Source: an uncultured virus (IMG/VR IMGVR_UViG_3300037119_007256) (taxonomy: Duplodnaviria; Heunggongvirae; Uroviricota; Caudoviricetes). Taken from it: a DNA stretch of 64,000 nt. The stretch lies in the IMG/VR virus record IMGVR_UViG_3300037119_007256. One strand, 5' to 3'. Below the pieces are notes generated by a model. That model was not told the DNA's origin, searched no databases, and worked only from the letters and a program-made list of their open reading frames with translations. Position numbers and translations under genes: made by a program. Positions 27,032-36,142 of the stretch are shown here, one piece after another (the stretch's first letter is position 1; each line of letters opens with the position of its first letter).

Positions 27032-27791
27032 TCTTGTCCTCCGTTGTAGCGATCATTTCCATCTTTGCCCGCACCTTAGCGAGCATCCCATCGAGGACGG
27101 GCTGCTCCCACATGTCCAGGGCCGAGAACCGGTCCTTTGTGTGAGACCATCCGTCCGGCTGCGTCAGGATCGCCCTGACGACGGCTGTCTTGGGTCCGTC
27201 GGGAGTGGCGGTTTGCACCGCCCGAGCCACATACCGCCCGACAACGTCGAAGTGCTTGCCGTACTCCGTCTTGAACGCACCCAGGAACGCCGGTCGGTAC
27301 ATCAGTCGCTTTTCCACCTCGTCCTCGCGCTCCATCTGGTGCGCCAGGTAGATGACGTGCTTACCGAGCTCGCGGAACGATGTGGTAAGCGCCTCCATCA
27401 TGCCCAGGGCTATGCCCCAGATACGCTGGTCGGGTACGGGCTCGCGCCCCTGCGCCGTCAGGTGCCGCACCACGATCGCCTGGAGCTCGGTCGCCGTGTC
27501 GACCACCACCAGGTCGTACGGCCCGTTTCGCGCCATCTCATACCCCGCCAGGATGTCCTCGTATGACGACACCTCGGCGACCGTTACCAGGTCCCGCCTG
27601 GTTGGCGGGGCGCCGGTGGCCTCGTCGCCCAGGAAGCAGTTCGCCGACACCGGGCCCCTGTCGACGTCCAGCAGCAGGGTCCTCAGGGACTGGCTGCCGC
27701 ACGCCCACACCGTCTTGCCCACACCCGTGGGCCCGTACACTATCGCCGCGAACCGCGGCGACGTAGCCTTGGATAGCGGGTAAACCCGCAA
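27024..27791 (-). CDS. Sak4-like (AAA_24) ATPase / ssDNA annealing protein
   Basis: YGPTGVGKT, LDVDRG, VVVDTATE and LAH motifs. Confidence 0.8.
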   Translation of the reverse strand: MRVYPLSKATSPRFAAIVYGPTGVGKTVWACGSQSLRTLLLDVDRGPVSANCFLGDEATGAPPTRRDLVTVAEVSSYEDILAGYEMARNGPYDLVVVDTATELQAIVVRHLTAQGREPVPDQRIWGIALGMMEALTTSFRELGKHVIYLAHQMEREDEVEKRLMYRPAFLGAFKTEYGKHFDVVGRYVARAVQTATPDGPKTAVVRAILTQPDGWSHTKDRFSALDMWEQPVLDGMLAKVRAKMEMIATTEDKNG

Positions 27792-27859
27792 CTCCCCCTC
27801 CTCTTCTGTCCGGGCTGGAAGGACCCAGCCCGAGCCCCCTTGGGTAGGGGCGCCTCCTT

Positions 27860-27905
27860 ATTATGGCGCACGGGGGGTGAGGGCGTAACTTTATTTTCCC
27901 GCTTT
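27860..27905 (-). promoter_or_regulatory. Promoter of the recurring early class
   Basis: AAAGCGGGAAAATAAAGTTACG-N18-CATAAT. Confidence 0.65.
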
Positions 27906-27929
27906 CTCAGCGGGGGTATCGCGGGCGGA

Positions 27930-29648
27930 TCAGAGGATCCGCGGAGAGGCCCGCTGGGCGAAATTCTCCTTGCGGGCGGTGGCTTCAAGGACGTCCGCGT
28001 CGATCGTACCCGGCATCACAAGGTCCCAATAGACGACCGGCTCGTCGCGGCCCTGCCTGTGCGAGCGGTCCTCCGACTGCGACCGCTGGACGTGCGACCA
28101 CGTGTGAGAGACTCGCACGTGCTCGTCGGCAGCCTGCATGTTGTGGCCATAGGCCATCTTTTCCCACTGGCAGATGAACGCCCGCACCCCGTCCGGGTCG
28201 CGCGAGTTGAACGACTCTTTGGCCGCGGCGAGGTCGTCGGGAGTGGCTCGGCCGTCAGCCACGAACACGGACATGTGTGGCCGGAGGGTGGCTGCGATCA
28301 GGTCGAGCTCGGCCCGCTCGTTCGCCCACAGCATTACGCGAGTAGTCGGGTTTCCGTCCCATACATCAGCCGCACGCTGGGCGATCCACAGGTACTTGGG
28401 CCCGCCCCACGGTTCTTTTGTCCACGTGTAGGCTGGGGAGTCGGGGGCGATGGGGGTGGCCACGGGCAAGAGCCCGCCGGCTAGCTGGCGGCGCCGGATC
28501 AGGGCCACTCGTTCGTCGTTCAGTGACAAGACGGCGCCCAGCGCGGCCTCACCTTCCTCCTGTATCCGCCGGTCGAGGTTGGTGACCCAGGCAGGGGCAG
28601 GGAGGATGGCTCGGCGGTGGACCTTCGGTGGGAGAGTGAGGCAGGCGCCTTTCGTCGCCCTCCACCAGTACGGCTCGATGACGGCCATCAGCCCGCCCGG
28701 GTCCAACATGCCGACGGGACGTTGGATTGTCCGACGCCCGCGGTCGACCGGGACGGGCACGGTCCTGGCGTAGCGGGCGGCGAACCGCATAGCGGCCCTG
28801 GTCCGGGTCTCGTCCCACCCCTGCCAGGATGGATCGAGGAACCGCAACTGCGCCCACAGGTCGCCGACATGGTTACCGACAGGGGTGCCGGTGAGGGCCA
28901 GGACATGGGCGGCGCCGTCGGCCGCCGCGGCGGCGGCCCGTGACACGGCGGTGCCTGGCGTTTTGATCTTCCACGACTCGTCGAATACCACGGCGTCAGG
29001 GGCAAAGGTCGCGACGGCCTCAGGAATGCGGCGTAGGGCCTCACAGTTGAGCACGGCGGCCACCGGGCGGGGGTGGTTGGCGAGAGCGGCGAGGGCGGCC
29101 CCCTTGTCGGCGGACCCGGCTGCATCGATAGAGACGCAGTCTATCCATCCCGCGGCGATCGTGGCCCGGTGCTCGGCCACCCACTCTCCGACCAGTGACT
29201 TTGGGCAGAGGATGAGGGTGCGGTGCGGGGACCAAACATGCAGCAGCACCCAGGCCGCGGCCGTCTTGCCCGTGCCTTGCTCCGACGCATTGATGACCCC
29301 GCGGCGTGGGGCGGCCCATGCCACGAATTCCTCCTGGTGCGGCAGCAGCGGGCGGGCCAGGCGAGGGCCGTGGGCGGCAAGCCACGCCCTGAACTGGGCC
29401 GTGTCCGTCGCCATGACCGCTGCGCGGGCCCCTACGTAGCCCCTACTGGTAGCCGTTGGGGCCCCTACTGCGTCGGCCGCCATAAATGAGGCCCTGGTGG
29501 GGGGTAGGCGGACCCAGGCGCCAGGCCCTCGGCCGTACACCTCGGCGCCGGGGCAGGCCGCAAGGTCCGCCAGGGTGTTCGGCGGCCCGCCCCTGGCGCA
29601 GGGGTTCCCAGCCTCATCGATGGCCAGCTCATAGGGCAGCGGGGTCAC
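27930..29648 (-). CDS. SNF2-family helicase
   Basis: PHQ, EQGTGKT, CPKSL, FDES, LTGTP and QSEDRSHRQG motifs. Confidence 0.9.
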   Translation of the reverse strand: MTPLPYELAIDEAGNPCARGGPPNTLADLAACPGAEVYGRGPGAWVRLPPTRASFMAADAVGAPTATSRGYVGARAAVMATDTAQFRAWLAAHGPRLARPLLPHQEEFVAWAAPRRGVINASEQGTGKTAAAWVLLHVWSPHRTLILCPKSLVGEWVAEHRATIAAGWIDCVSIDAAGSADKGAALAALANHPRPVAAVLNCEALRRIPEAVATFAPDAVVFDESWKIKTPGTAVSRAAAAAADGAAHVLALTGTPVGNHVGDLWAQLRFLDPSWQGWDETRTRAAMRFAARYARTVPVPVDRGRRTIQRPVGMLDPGGLMAVIEPYWWRATKGACLTLPPKVHRRAILPAPAWVTNLDRRIQEEGEAALGAVLSLNDERVALIRRRQLAGGLLPVATPIAPDSPAYTWTKEPWGGPKYLWIAQRAADVWDGNPTTRVMLWANERAELDLIAATLRPHMSVFVADGRATPDDLAAAKESFNSRDPDGVRAFICQWEKMAYGHNMQAADEHVRVSHTWSHVQRSQSEDRSHRQGRDEPVVYWDLVMPGTIDADVLEATARKENFAQRASPRIL

Positions 29649-29959
29649 AGTTGGGTCCGCTTTAGTCGCTCGGCCTCACGGGCGGCGGCCTCAGCCTGGT
29701 CGTCGTCCGGGGTCCGGACCCGGCGAGCCCGTGGGGTATAGTCGAACCGGCCCGAAGCTACCCAGCGGCGGAATTCCTCGGCGGCCACGATCCACACTTT
29801 TCCCACTTTGCGGCCGCACAGCCCGGACGCCGGGTCCCGTACAGCGTCGATCACCTGGTAGGCCGGTACCCCCAGCGCGAGCCCCAACTGATGTGCAGTG
29901 TAATAGGCATAGTCGCCGATAACGATTGTCGGCTTCGGCAACATGTCCTCGGTTATCAT
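29645..29959 (-). CDS. Excisionase-like HTH DNA-binding protein
   Basis: YTAHQLGLALGV...GRKVGKVWIV; GGAGG RBS. Confidence 0.6.
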   Translation of the reverse strand: MITEDMLPKPTIVIGDYAYYTAHQLGLALGVPAYQVIDAVRDPASGLCGRKVGKVWIVAAEEFRRWVASGRFDYTPRARRVRTPDDDQAEAAAREAERLKRTQL

Positions 29960-29963
29960 CTCG

Positions 29964-30266
29964 TCACCTCCTTCCCGTTGTGTTTTGCCAGACCCAGTCC
30001 GCCCACTGGAGGAAGGCGGGTGTGGCCGCCATCGCCACCAGGACCGCGACCCCGAACAAGACCCAGGCGCACAGGAAGATGGTCCAATGCTCCCGCGTCT
30101 TTTTGCGGTATTCCGTTGCCAGCAGCACGGCTTCGGCGCGGAGTTCGGCCTCCCGTTTGTCGAGTTCGGCCTCACGCTGGGCAAGCTCGTCCTGCTTCCT
30201 TAGTAGGTGCCGCGGCCACGAGCCCTGGAGGTTGTCCGCGGCTTCATCTATCCTCTGCCTTACCAT
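29964..30266 (-). CDS. Coiled-coil protein with a C-terminal TM helix
   Basis: REAEL repeats then IFLCAWVLFGVAVLVAMAA; TATAAT and AGGAG upstream. Confidence 0.55.
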   Translation of the reverse strand: MVRQRIDEAADNLQGSWPRHLLRKQDELAQREAELDKREAELRAEAVLLATEYRKKTREHWTIFLCAWVLFGVAVLVAMAATPAFLQWADWVWQNTTGRR

Positions 30267-30501
30267 AGTCTACTCCTATTATATCGTCAACCGGCACTGA
30301 GCGCCCAGCGCCGAAGTGGACGTACCAGACGACATGTTTGGTTGGGTCCGTCAAGGCGCCGGTCAAGGCGGTTACCTGGCGAATAGACCCGTCCGCCAGC
30401 CTCACTGTCGTCCCAGGCCAGAACGGCGGTATCCGTGTTACGAGCTGAGCGTAGTCCGGCTCGCCATACTTGGGGCGCCGCTTTCGTCGCCTTATTGCCA
30501 C
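30244..30501 (-). CDS. Hypothetical protein
   Basis: Tiles between its neighbours with short overlaps. Confidence 0.45.
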   Translation of the reverse strand: MAIRRRKRRPKYGEPDYAQLVTRIPPFWPGTTVRLADGSIRQVTALTGALTDPTKHVVWYVHFGAGRSVPVDDIIGVDYGKAEDR

Positions 30502-30896
30502 CGGCCCTCCCGCCTGGCGGCGTCGACAGCCGCCTGGAATTCGGCCTCGTCACGGGGCGGCGGCAGAATGGCGACCTTGCCGCCGCGGACGGCGTCCGCC
30601 ACCGCCGCCCTGGCGTCGCGGCTATGCTTTGCCAGGACAAGATTGCCCAGGTGTTGGCAGTCAGGATGGTCGACCCGGTATCGCGTCACGGCGTAGGACT
30701 CCTCTTCCATCCGACGCTGGGCGTCAGTTGGTGTGGTCGCGATCCATAGGCCTGCCATGCACGCTCCACACCACAGCACCAGATGGGGCGGGCCTTCCTG
30801 CGTCCACCCGAGGTGGAACTGGGTCAGCTCGGCCCACGCCCTGGTCTCTGGCGCCAGTCGCGGCAGGAGGACCCGCCAGAACTCCCCTCTATTCAA
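30492..30896 (-). CDS. Hypothetical protein
   Basis: Tiles in the operon; CxxC...HxxC. Confidence 0.5.
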   Translation of the reverse strand: MNRGEFWRVLLPRLAPETRAWAELTQFHLGWTQEGPPHLVLWCGACMAGLWIATTPTDAQRRMEEESYAVTRYRVDHPDCQHLGNLVLAKHSRDARAAVADAVRGGKVAILPPPRDEAEFQAAVDAARREGRWQ

Positions 30897-31554
30897 TGTA
30901 GAGCCCTACGGGCCTCTCCCCGACCGCAAGGCCGTTCGGCAGTTCGCCGTAGGCGTCCACGACGGCCGCCTTGGCGGCGGTCTGCGACAGCTCGAGGTCC
31001 TCGAGGTTGACGCCCAGCGCCGTCAGGATTTCGTGGTCGTCGGGCTCGCCGCCGAGCGCCTTGAGCACGGCATAGCCGGCCAGCAAGTCCGCCGGCTTGA
31101 CCCGGACCGATCCGCACAGCCGTGGGTCGAGCGGGGTGGTCTGGTCCCACACGAGGGGCGCCGCTCCAACCGACTGAGTTCGCAGGCGCCAGGCCGGCCC
31201 AGTCAGCCGGCCGCCGAGTTTCTCGACCACCTCCCTGACCATGGCCCTGGCTCGGTCAAACCGACCGCGGCGGGCTTTGGCGGCACGCTGGACGCGAGCC
31301 TTCTCCACGTCCGCTGCGTCGGCATTGGCCCGGAGGGCGCACAACCAGGCGTGGACCCCGGGGCCGAGCTCCTGTACCCGGTCCGCGACAGCCGCGAACC
31401 GTTCGTCGACCGCCCGGAGAAGGGCGCCGCGGGCGGCCTCGTCGGCGGGGTCGTCAGACGGTATCCACGCCTCCGCCTCCAGCATCAGGTCGGACAGCTC
31501 CTCGAGCTCGGCGGGCAAGTCGTGGAGCCTCATAACAGCCACGTCTCTTGGCAT
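30889..31554 (-). CDS. Siphovirus Gp157-like protein
   Basis: MRLHDL..EL..L N-terminus and long coiled coil (EKARVQRAAKA...FDRAR) in a recombination module. Confidence 0.55.
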   Translation of the reverse strand: MPRDVAVMRLHDLPAELEELSDLMLEAEAWIPSDDPADEAARGALLRAVDERFAAVADRVQELGPGVHAWLCALRANADAADVEKARVQRAAKARRGRFDRARAMVREVVEKLGGRLTGPAWRLRTQSVGAAPLVWDQTTPLDPRLCGSVRVKPADLLAGYAVLKALGGEPDDHEILTALGVNLEDLELSQTAAKAAVVDAYGELPNGLAVGERPVGLYIE

Positions 31555-31556
31555 GG

Positions 31557-31841
31557 TTAGTCCACAATCCATCCGTCGGCGATCAGGTCGTCGACGGTAT
31601 CGTACCAATAAACCTCTTTGGCGGCGATCGCCTTGCGGGCGGCCTCGGGCCCAGCCCACAGGTTCGCCTTGACCAGCATGAACCCGCCGCCGCTTATCTC
31701 CACCTGGCAGGCACACTCCACGTTGGGGGTATACCGCTTAAGCGGCAGCAAAGGCCAATGGGGCCAACTGTCCGGGTCGGCGACCATGCGCCGGGTCACG
31801 TCTTCGATGGTCTCGGCCTTGGCCTTAATAGTTGTCGCCAT
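31557..31841 (-). CDS. Hypothetical protein
   Basis: MATTIKAK...WPHWPLLPLKR...DGWIVD. Confidence 0.55.
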   Translation of the reverse strand: MATTIKAKAETIEDVTRRMVADPDSWPHWPLLPLKRYTPNVECACQVEISGGGFMLVKANLWAGPEAARKAIAAKEVYWYDTVDDLIADGWIVD

Positions 31842-32067
31842 AGCGGGCCCCCTTGTCGATGCAGTCGGGGCAGCGGACTTTGCCGTCGCACGGGCCGAGG
31901 ACGGTGTGGCTTCCGCAGCCATCGTGGACGACCTTGAAGTTGTCGCCGGTCGCGTCGTAGATCTTCCGCGAGGCCTCGGCCTCCGCCGCGGTCTCGAAGG
32001 ATGCGTAGCGGATCGGCTCGACGGCGAACCCGTGGACCGAGGTGCGGGTCAGGTGGAACGTAGTCAC
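31825..32067 (-). CDS. Hypothetical protein
   Basis: AAGGAGG RBS before a GTG start; first gene after a promoter. Confidence 0.5.
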   Translation of the reverse strand: MTTFHLTRTSVHGFAVEPIRYASFETAAEAEASRKIYDATGDNFKVVHDGCGSHTVLGPCDGKVRCPDCIDKGARYGDNY

Positions 32068-32116
32068 GATGGTCTCCTCCTTGTATGGAGCGGCCCCTTT
32101 GGCCACCCCTCACGTA

Positions 32117-32161
32117 ATGATATCACGCGGGGGAGGATTCGTAACTTTATTTTCCCGCTTT
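32117..32161 (-). promoter_or_regulatory. Promoter of the recurring early class
   Basis: AAAGCGGGAAAATAAAGTTACG-N17-TATCAT; 22 nt identical to 27884-27905. Confidence 0.7.
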
Positions 32162-32163
32162 TT

Positions 32164-33276
32164 CTACGGGGAGGCTGTGGGGAGCTCCCAGGCCTCGGCT
32201 CCGTCGTAGGCGGGGATGGTTGGCCCGCGGGGCTCCCAGGAGCGAGGGGCGGCCGATGGGGCGTACCTGCCTTTGGTTGCTCCGCCCGCCTTTGCCCGGA
32301 CATACTTTTGCATTTCGCACAAAGCGTGCTCCACATCGACCACGCTCATGTGGACCCGCCCTCCGTCGCGACGGGTGATGGCCGGCGGCTCCACCCCGGC
32401 TGCGGCGCACTGCTCGGGGCCCAACTCAGCTAGGGCCACCATCGCGGCGGGGACGTCCCGTCTGGGGACGCCGAGCAGGGCCGCGCCTTTGTAGGCCCCT
32501 GGCCCGGGGAGGGCCCAGTTGCTCCGAAGCAGCGCTCGGCCGTCGATCAGCGTCGGGTGCGTCCAGTCTGCCGCCATCTGCCACGCCAGGAAGTCGCCGA
32601 TGCCGGGCAGGCGCTTGAGCCGGACGACCACGACCTGCGGTCGGACCTCGGCGATGAGGGCGGCGACGCCCGGGGCCGCGGCGACGAGGCTCTCGACCAC
32701 CAGCGCCGCGTCACGCTCTTTGTCGCCGCCTGTGCCCATGTCCGGGCAGTAGGTGGCGATATATGCTCCAGTGTAGAGCTTTTCGCCTTGGTAGCGGCGG
32801 TCCTTGAGGACGGCGTAGACCAGGTCCGCGATGTTTGGGCGGCCTGGGGTAAAGGCGCCGGCGGACCGTAAGTGCTGATGGGTTGGGATGTTGTTGAACC
32901 ACCTGTAGACCAGCTGCTCCGCCACCCGGGACTGGAGCGAGGCAGGTGTCTCCATCACTTCGGCCACAACGAACTGCGTACCGCGATCCAGCGCCCGGAA
33001 CACGTTGGTGAACTTGACATTGGCCAGGACCGGATCATTGGTCCAGGGAGGAGGGCCTGCTTGCTTGGCCTGTCGTAGGGCATCCCTGGCGGCGCAGAAA
33101 GTCCAGAAGGGGCTAGGGTCTCCCCAGGCCCATTTCTGGAGCGTGGGCGAGCCCGTGGTCATCCTGGGGGTGTTTTCTGCCCCGGGCAGGGATAGTTGAA
33201 TCGCCGGCGCGCGAGGGGCCAATTCGGCGGGGGAGGGCCGGGTCGGTGCCCCGGCCCTCCACAGCGGGTTGGCCAC
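32164..33276 (-). CDS. aGPT-Pplase1 / 5-hydroxymethyluracil-DNA-kinase-like protein (HhH fold)
   Basis: PPWTNDPVL...FTNVFRALDR, YRWFN, HhH-like LPGIGDFLAWQ, PGPGA..G and EHALCEMQKY motifs. Confidence 0.8.
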   Translation of the reverse strand: MANPLWRAGAPTRPSPAELAPRAPAIQLSLPGAENTPRMTTGSPTLQKWAWGDPSPFWTFCAARDALRQAKQAGPPPWTNDPVLANVKFTNVFRALDRGTQFVVAEVMETPASLQSRVAEQLVYRWFNNIPTHQHLRSAGAFTPGRPNIADLVYAVLKDRRYQGEKLYTGAYIATYCPDMGTGGDKERDAALVVESLVAAAPGVAALIAEVRPQVVVVRLKRLPGIGDFLAWQMAADWTHPTLIDGRALLRSNWALPGPGAYKGAALLGVPRRDVPAAMVALAELGPEQCAAAGVEPPAITRRDGGRVHMSVVDVEHALCEMQKYVRAKAGGATKGRYAPSAAPRSWEPRGPTIPAYDGAEAWELPTASP

Positions 33277-33704
33277 TATGCCGCCGCTCCCGCCGTCGCG
33301 TTGGCCTGTGCCGCCGTCGCGGCACGCTGGGCGAGCTTCTCCTGGGCCGCCTGGAGCCGGGCCATCGCCGCGTCTGCCCGGGCCTTCAGCTTCTCCGCCA
33401 GCGCCTCGTCCTTGGCGGCCCTCTTGGCCTCGCGGGCCGCGGCTGCCTCAGTCTTGTTCTTGCGGGTCTCGGTGCCGGCCGCCTCGCGAGCCTCGCGCCC
33501 CGCTTCCCACTCCTGGAGCATCGGCGCCAGAGCCTCCTTGAGGGTGTTCTCGAACAGGTCCCGGCGGTTGACGCCCATCCCGTCGGCCATGTCGCTGATC
33601 GCCTCGGCCTCCGCGGGCTCGAAGTAGAACTCGCCCCACAGGCGAATGACTTCGACCTGTTCACCGTCGCGCTCGATCGTCCTCGTCCTCATGCTACCGG
33701 CCAT
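33276..33704 (-). CDS. Hypothetical protein, possible RHH plus coiled coil
   Basis: GGAGG RBS before MAGSMRT; Ala/Lys-rich helical tail. Confidence 0.55.
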   Translation of the reverse strand: MAGSMRTRTIERDGEQVEVIRLWGEFYFEPAEAEAISDMADGMGVNRRDLFENTLKEALAPMLQEWEAGREAREAAGTETRKNKTEAAAAREAKRAAKDEALAEKLKARADAAMARLQAAQEKLAQRAATAAQANATAGAAA

Positions 33705-34428
33705 TGGTGTTTTCCTCCGCTTGGTCGTCTGGGGTCTGTTCCCCCATCGCAATCATATCGCGTTGGGCCGGCGCTGCGTCGGGGGAGTCGGGATTATTTT
33801 CCGCGAGCGCTCGCTCCATCCGGTTCGCCAGAGAGTCCGGCTTCTCGGCACCTGGTAGGCGCCAGGCCTCCTCAAGGGTCAGGGGACGCTGGGGGAGATT
33901 GGTCTGGGGTTGGGCACCTCTATCCCACCATCTCGGGTCCGACGCCGACATACCGAACGGCGGTTCCTCCGGTTTTGGCGGCTCCAATAGCAGCTGTGCT
34001 TCCTGGTTAGCCTTAGCAGGGCCGCCCCACGGCCGCTCTTTCGGCGGGGTGTAGATTGCCGCCCACTCCTGGTCGCGGTCGAACTTGGCGGCACGGGCCG
34101 CCCCGAATAGGTTGTTCGCGGTCCACGGGCGCCCGTTGATGGTGCTAGACCCGCACTGATTTAGCCCGGCCGCCAAGACGGCCCACGATGGGGGGCTGTC
34201 ATACTCAAGGGCCACCGCCTTCTCGAGGGCCTTCCTCAACCAGGACGTGAGGCGAGCTGCCGCCATCTCTGCTGGGCTCATTGGCCTTGCAATGGCGACT
34301 GCCGCCGCGCAGTCCCGGCATAGCGGTATTGAGGGCAACGCTGGGTTGATCGGCACCGGGACGATATCATTCGTTGCCCCGCATTTGAAGCATGTTGGCT
34401 CGTTCACTGAGTTCCACCTTTCTGTCAC
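33694..34428 (-). CDS. Zinc finger + recombinase-domain-like HTH protein (paralog 1)
   Basis: CFKC...CRDC and LAAGLNQCGSSTINGRPWT. Confidence 0.55.
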   Translation of the reverse strand: MTERWNSVNEPTCFKCGATNDIVPVPINPALPSIPLCRDCAAAVAIARPMSPAEMAAARLTSWLRKALEKAVALEYDSPPSWAVLAAGLNQCGSSTINGRPWTANNLFGAARAAKFDRDQEWAAIYTPPKERPWGGPAKANQEAQLLLEPPKPEEPPFGMSASDPRWWDRGAQPQTNLPQRPLTLEEAWRLPGAEKPDSLANRMERALAENNPDSPDAAPAQRDMIAMGEQTPDDQAEENTNGR

Positions 34429-34786
34429 GATAGCACCGCCACCATTCCTTGTTATAGTCGAAGCCTATCACTTCAGTCACCCTACGTAAGTTGAAATAAG
34501 TCCACATCCGTCCCTGTGTGGTTCGACTACCCCTGGCATTAAGCCAGGCCGCCAGGCTGTCGTATGTTGGCGGACTGCTCCACCCGTTTATAATGGTCTC
34601 GTCAATTGTCTCCCACAGATATTCGATTATCGACCTTGCCGTGGACTCAGTCGGACTCGGTGTAGCGGGTGGACGGCCGAATTTTCTGCACTCCGCACAC
34701 ATTGCCGCGGCGCCGGTTAATCCATAGAATGAGGTTTCTATTGTGTCATCAAGTTTGCCGCAAGATCGGCACGCTATCATTGTCAT
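34367..34786 (-). CDS. Zinc finger + recombinase-domain-like HTH protein (paralog 2)
   Basis: CRSC...CAEC and LAAWLNARGSRTTQGRMWT. Confidence 0.55.
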   Translation of the reverse strand: MTMIACRSCGKLDDTIETSFYGLTGAAAMCAECRKFGRPPATPSPTESTARSIIEYLWETIDETIINGWSSPPTYDSLAAWLNARGSRTTQGRMWTYFNLRRVTEVIGFDYNKEWWRCYRDRKVELSERANMLQMRGNE

Positions 34787-34937
34787 AATTCCTTTAGTGC
34801 GTGGGACTGGCAGCTTGCCAGGCCACCGTGATAATATCGTATCGGGGCGTCCGTTACCGAACTTTTTCCCGCGGCGGGTTGTGGGCCTGAGCTTGTCATA
34901 CTTTGTGGTCCAGGTTGTTCCTTTCCCCGCTTAAAGG

Positions 34938-35259
34938 ACGCGCGCGAACAATCAACGCGCGCGTGGGCGCACCGGACATAGTCCCGTGGGCGGGTACATG
35001 CCGGACTTAGTCCTGTGTGTGGGTGTGGGTGTGTGTGAGTGGGTGTGACGTGACGGGCTTCGTTTCGCGCGCGGGGACGGCATCCTCAATCATAATCATC
35101 GTAATGGTGGTACTGGTGACTGAGGGTCCCTGTCCCAACGCGCGAAACGTGTGCCGCGCCGGGGCACGCGAGGGCCCAGGTTCAGGAAGGTACTTAGCCA
35201 GGGTTTGGTGGGACATCGGGCTCCAGATGGTCGATCTTTGTCACGGTCTTCGCGCGAAG
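34938..35259. repeat. Cluster of CGCGCGAA motifs and inverted repeats in the divergent intergenic region
   Basis: 9-bp IR at 34938/34956, 11-bp IR at 35061/35139, and the 12-bp palindrome CTTCGCGCGAAG at 35248-35259. Confidence 0.55.
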
Positions 35260-35302
35260 GGGTCGACCTTTTCCGTGGGGTATCACTTGTGGGAGGAAGG
35301 CC

Positions 35303-36142
35303 TTGGATGAAGGGATGAATTTGGAGCCCCGAGCGGTTGATCCGGCGGGTGATTGGATTGCCGAAGCTCGAAGGGCTGCGGCGCCGATTGAAGCGGCAGC
35401 TGGTCGAATGGAGCGGGATCGAGCTGCTGCCGAGGCGGCCGAGATAACGGCCAGGACGGCCCTTGTCGCGGCTCGGGAAGCTACCGAAGAGCGGGACGGG
35501 GTGGTGTGGGAGCTGCGGACTCGGCGAAATATGACGGTCCCACAGATTCGGGCTGAAATGGCCGCGAGTCATTGGGGGCCGATGAGCCGGGCCGAGGTTC
35601 GCGATTCTATTAATCGCACACGGGAGTTGTTGAGAGAAGAGCTGGTCGACCAGGAGCTGGCCATGCGGGTCGAGCAAACTGAGGCCCTGACCGTGGTGGC
35701 TAACGAGGCGATGGAAGCCTGGCGGGCGTCGCAGGAAGATGTCGTATCGGTTGAGGTTGAGGTGGGCCGGGCTATCGTCGTGCCGCGGCGTGACGGGACT
35801 CTTGAAGCGGTGCCTATCCCCGACAGAACGACGACGCGGAGGACGGGCCAGACCGGGAACCCAGCTCACCTCCAGCGTGCCATGGAGGCCCATAGTCGGA
35901 TCGCGGCTCTGTGGGGCCTGGATGCTCCGCGCCGGACTGATGTAACGACGGCCGGGCGGCCTGTCGGGGCGGTGGGGTATGTTATCGTGCCACCTGTCGG
36001 TGCGGACCTCTCGGACTGGGAGGGAGCGATGAACCGCTCATGGGGGCCCGGCGGGGAAATTGAAGAGTCGTCGAACGGCCACCATCTGACCGCGTTGGAG
36101 TCGGGCGGGGACGGCGAGGTCGGCGAGGTCGGCGGGGACTGA
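35303..36142 (+). CDS. Terminase small subunit (putative)
   Basis: Directly upstream of TerL with TGATG coupling; HTH-like segment and RIAALWGLDAP motif. Confidence 0.7.
   Translation: MDEGMNLEPRAVDPAGDWIAEARRAAAPIEAAAGRMERDRAAAEAAEITARTALVAAREATEERDGVVWELRTRRNMTVPQIRAEMAASHWGPMSRAEVRDSINRTRELLREELVDQELAMRVEQTEALTVVANEAMEAWRASQEDVVSVEVEVGRAIVVPRRDGTLEAVPIPDRTTTRRTGQTGNPAHLQRAMEAHSRIAALWGLDAPRRTDVTTAGRPVGAVGYVIVPPVGADLSDWEGAMNRSWGPGGEIEESSNGHHLTALESGGDGEVGEVGGD

Noticed and set aside
33694..34786. Serine integrase
   Set aside because: Only a short DNA-binding-like motif is present; there is no catalytic Y.R.S domain, so no evidence for integration in this window.
35007..35310. ORFs 35007-35216 and 35017-35310
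   Set aside because: Low-complexity translations (THTHTH, WVWVCV) of the GT tract with no clear RBS; treated as non-coding.
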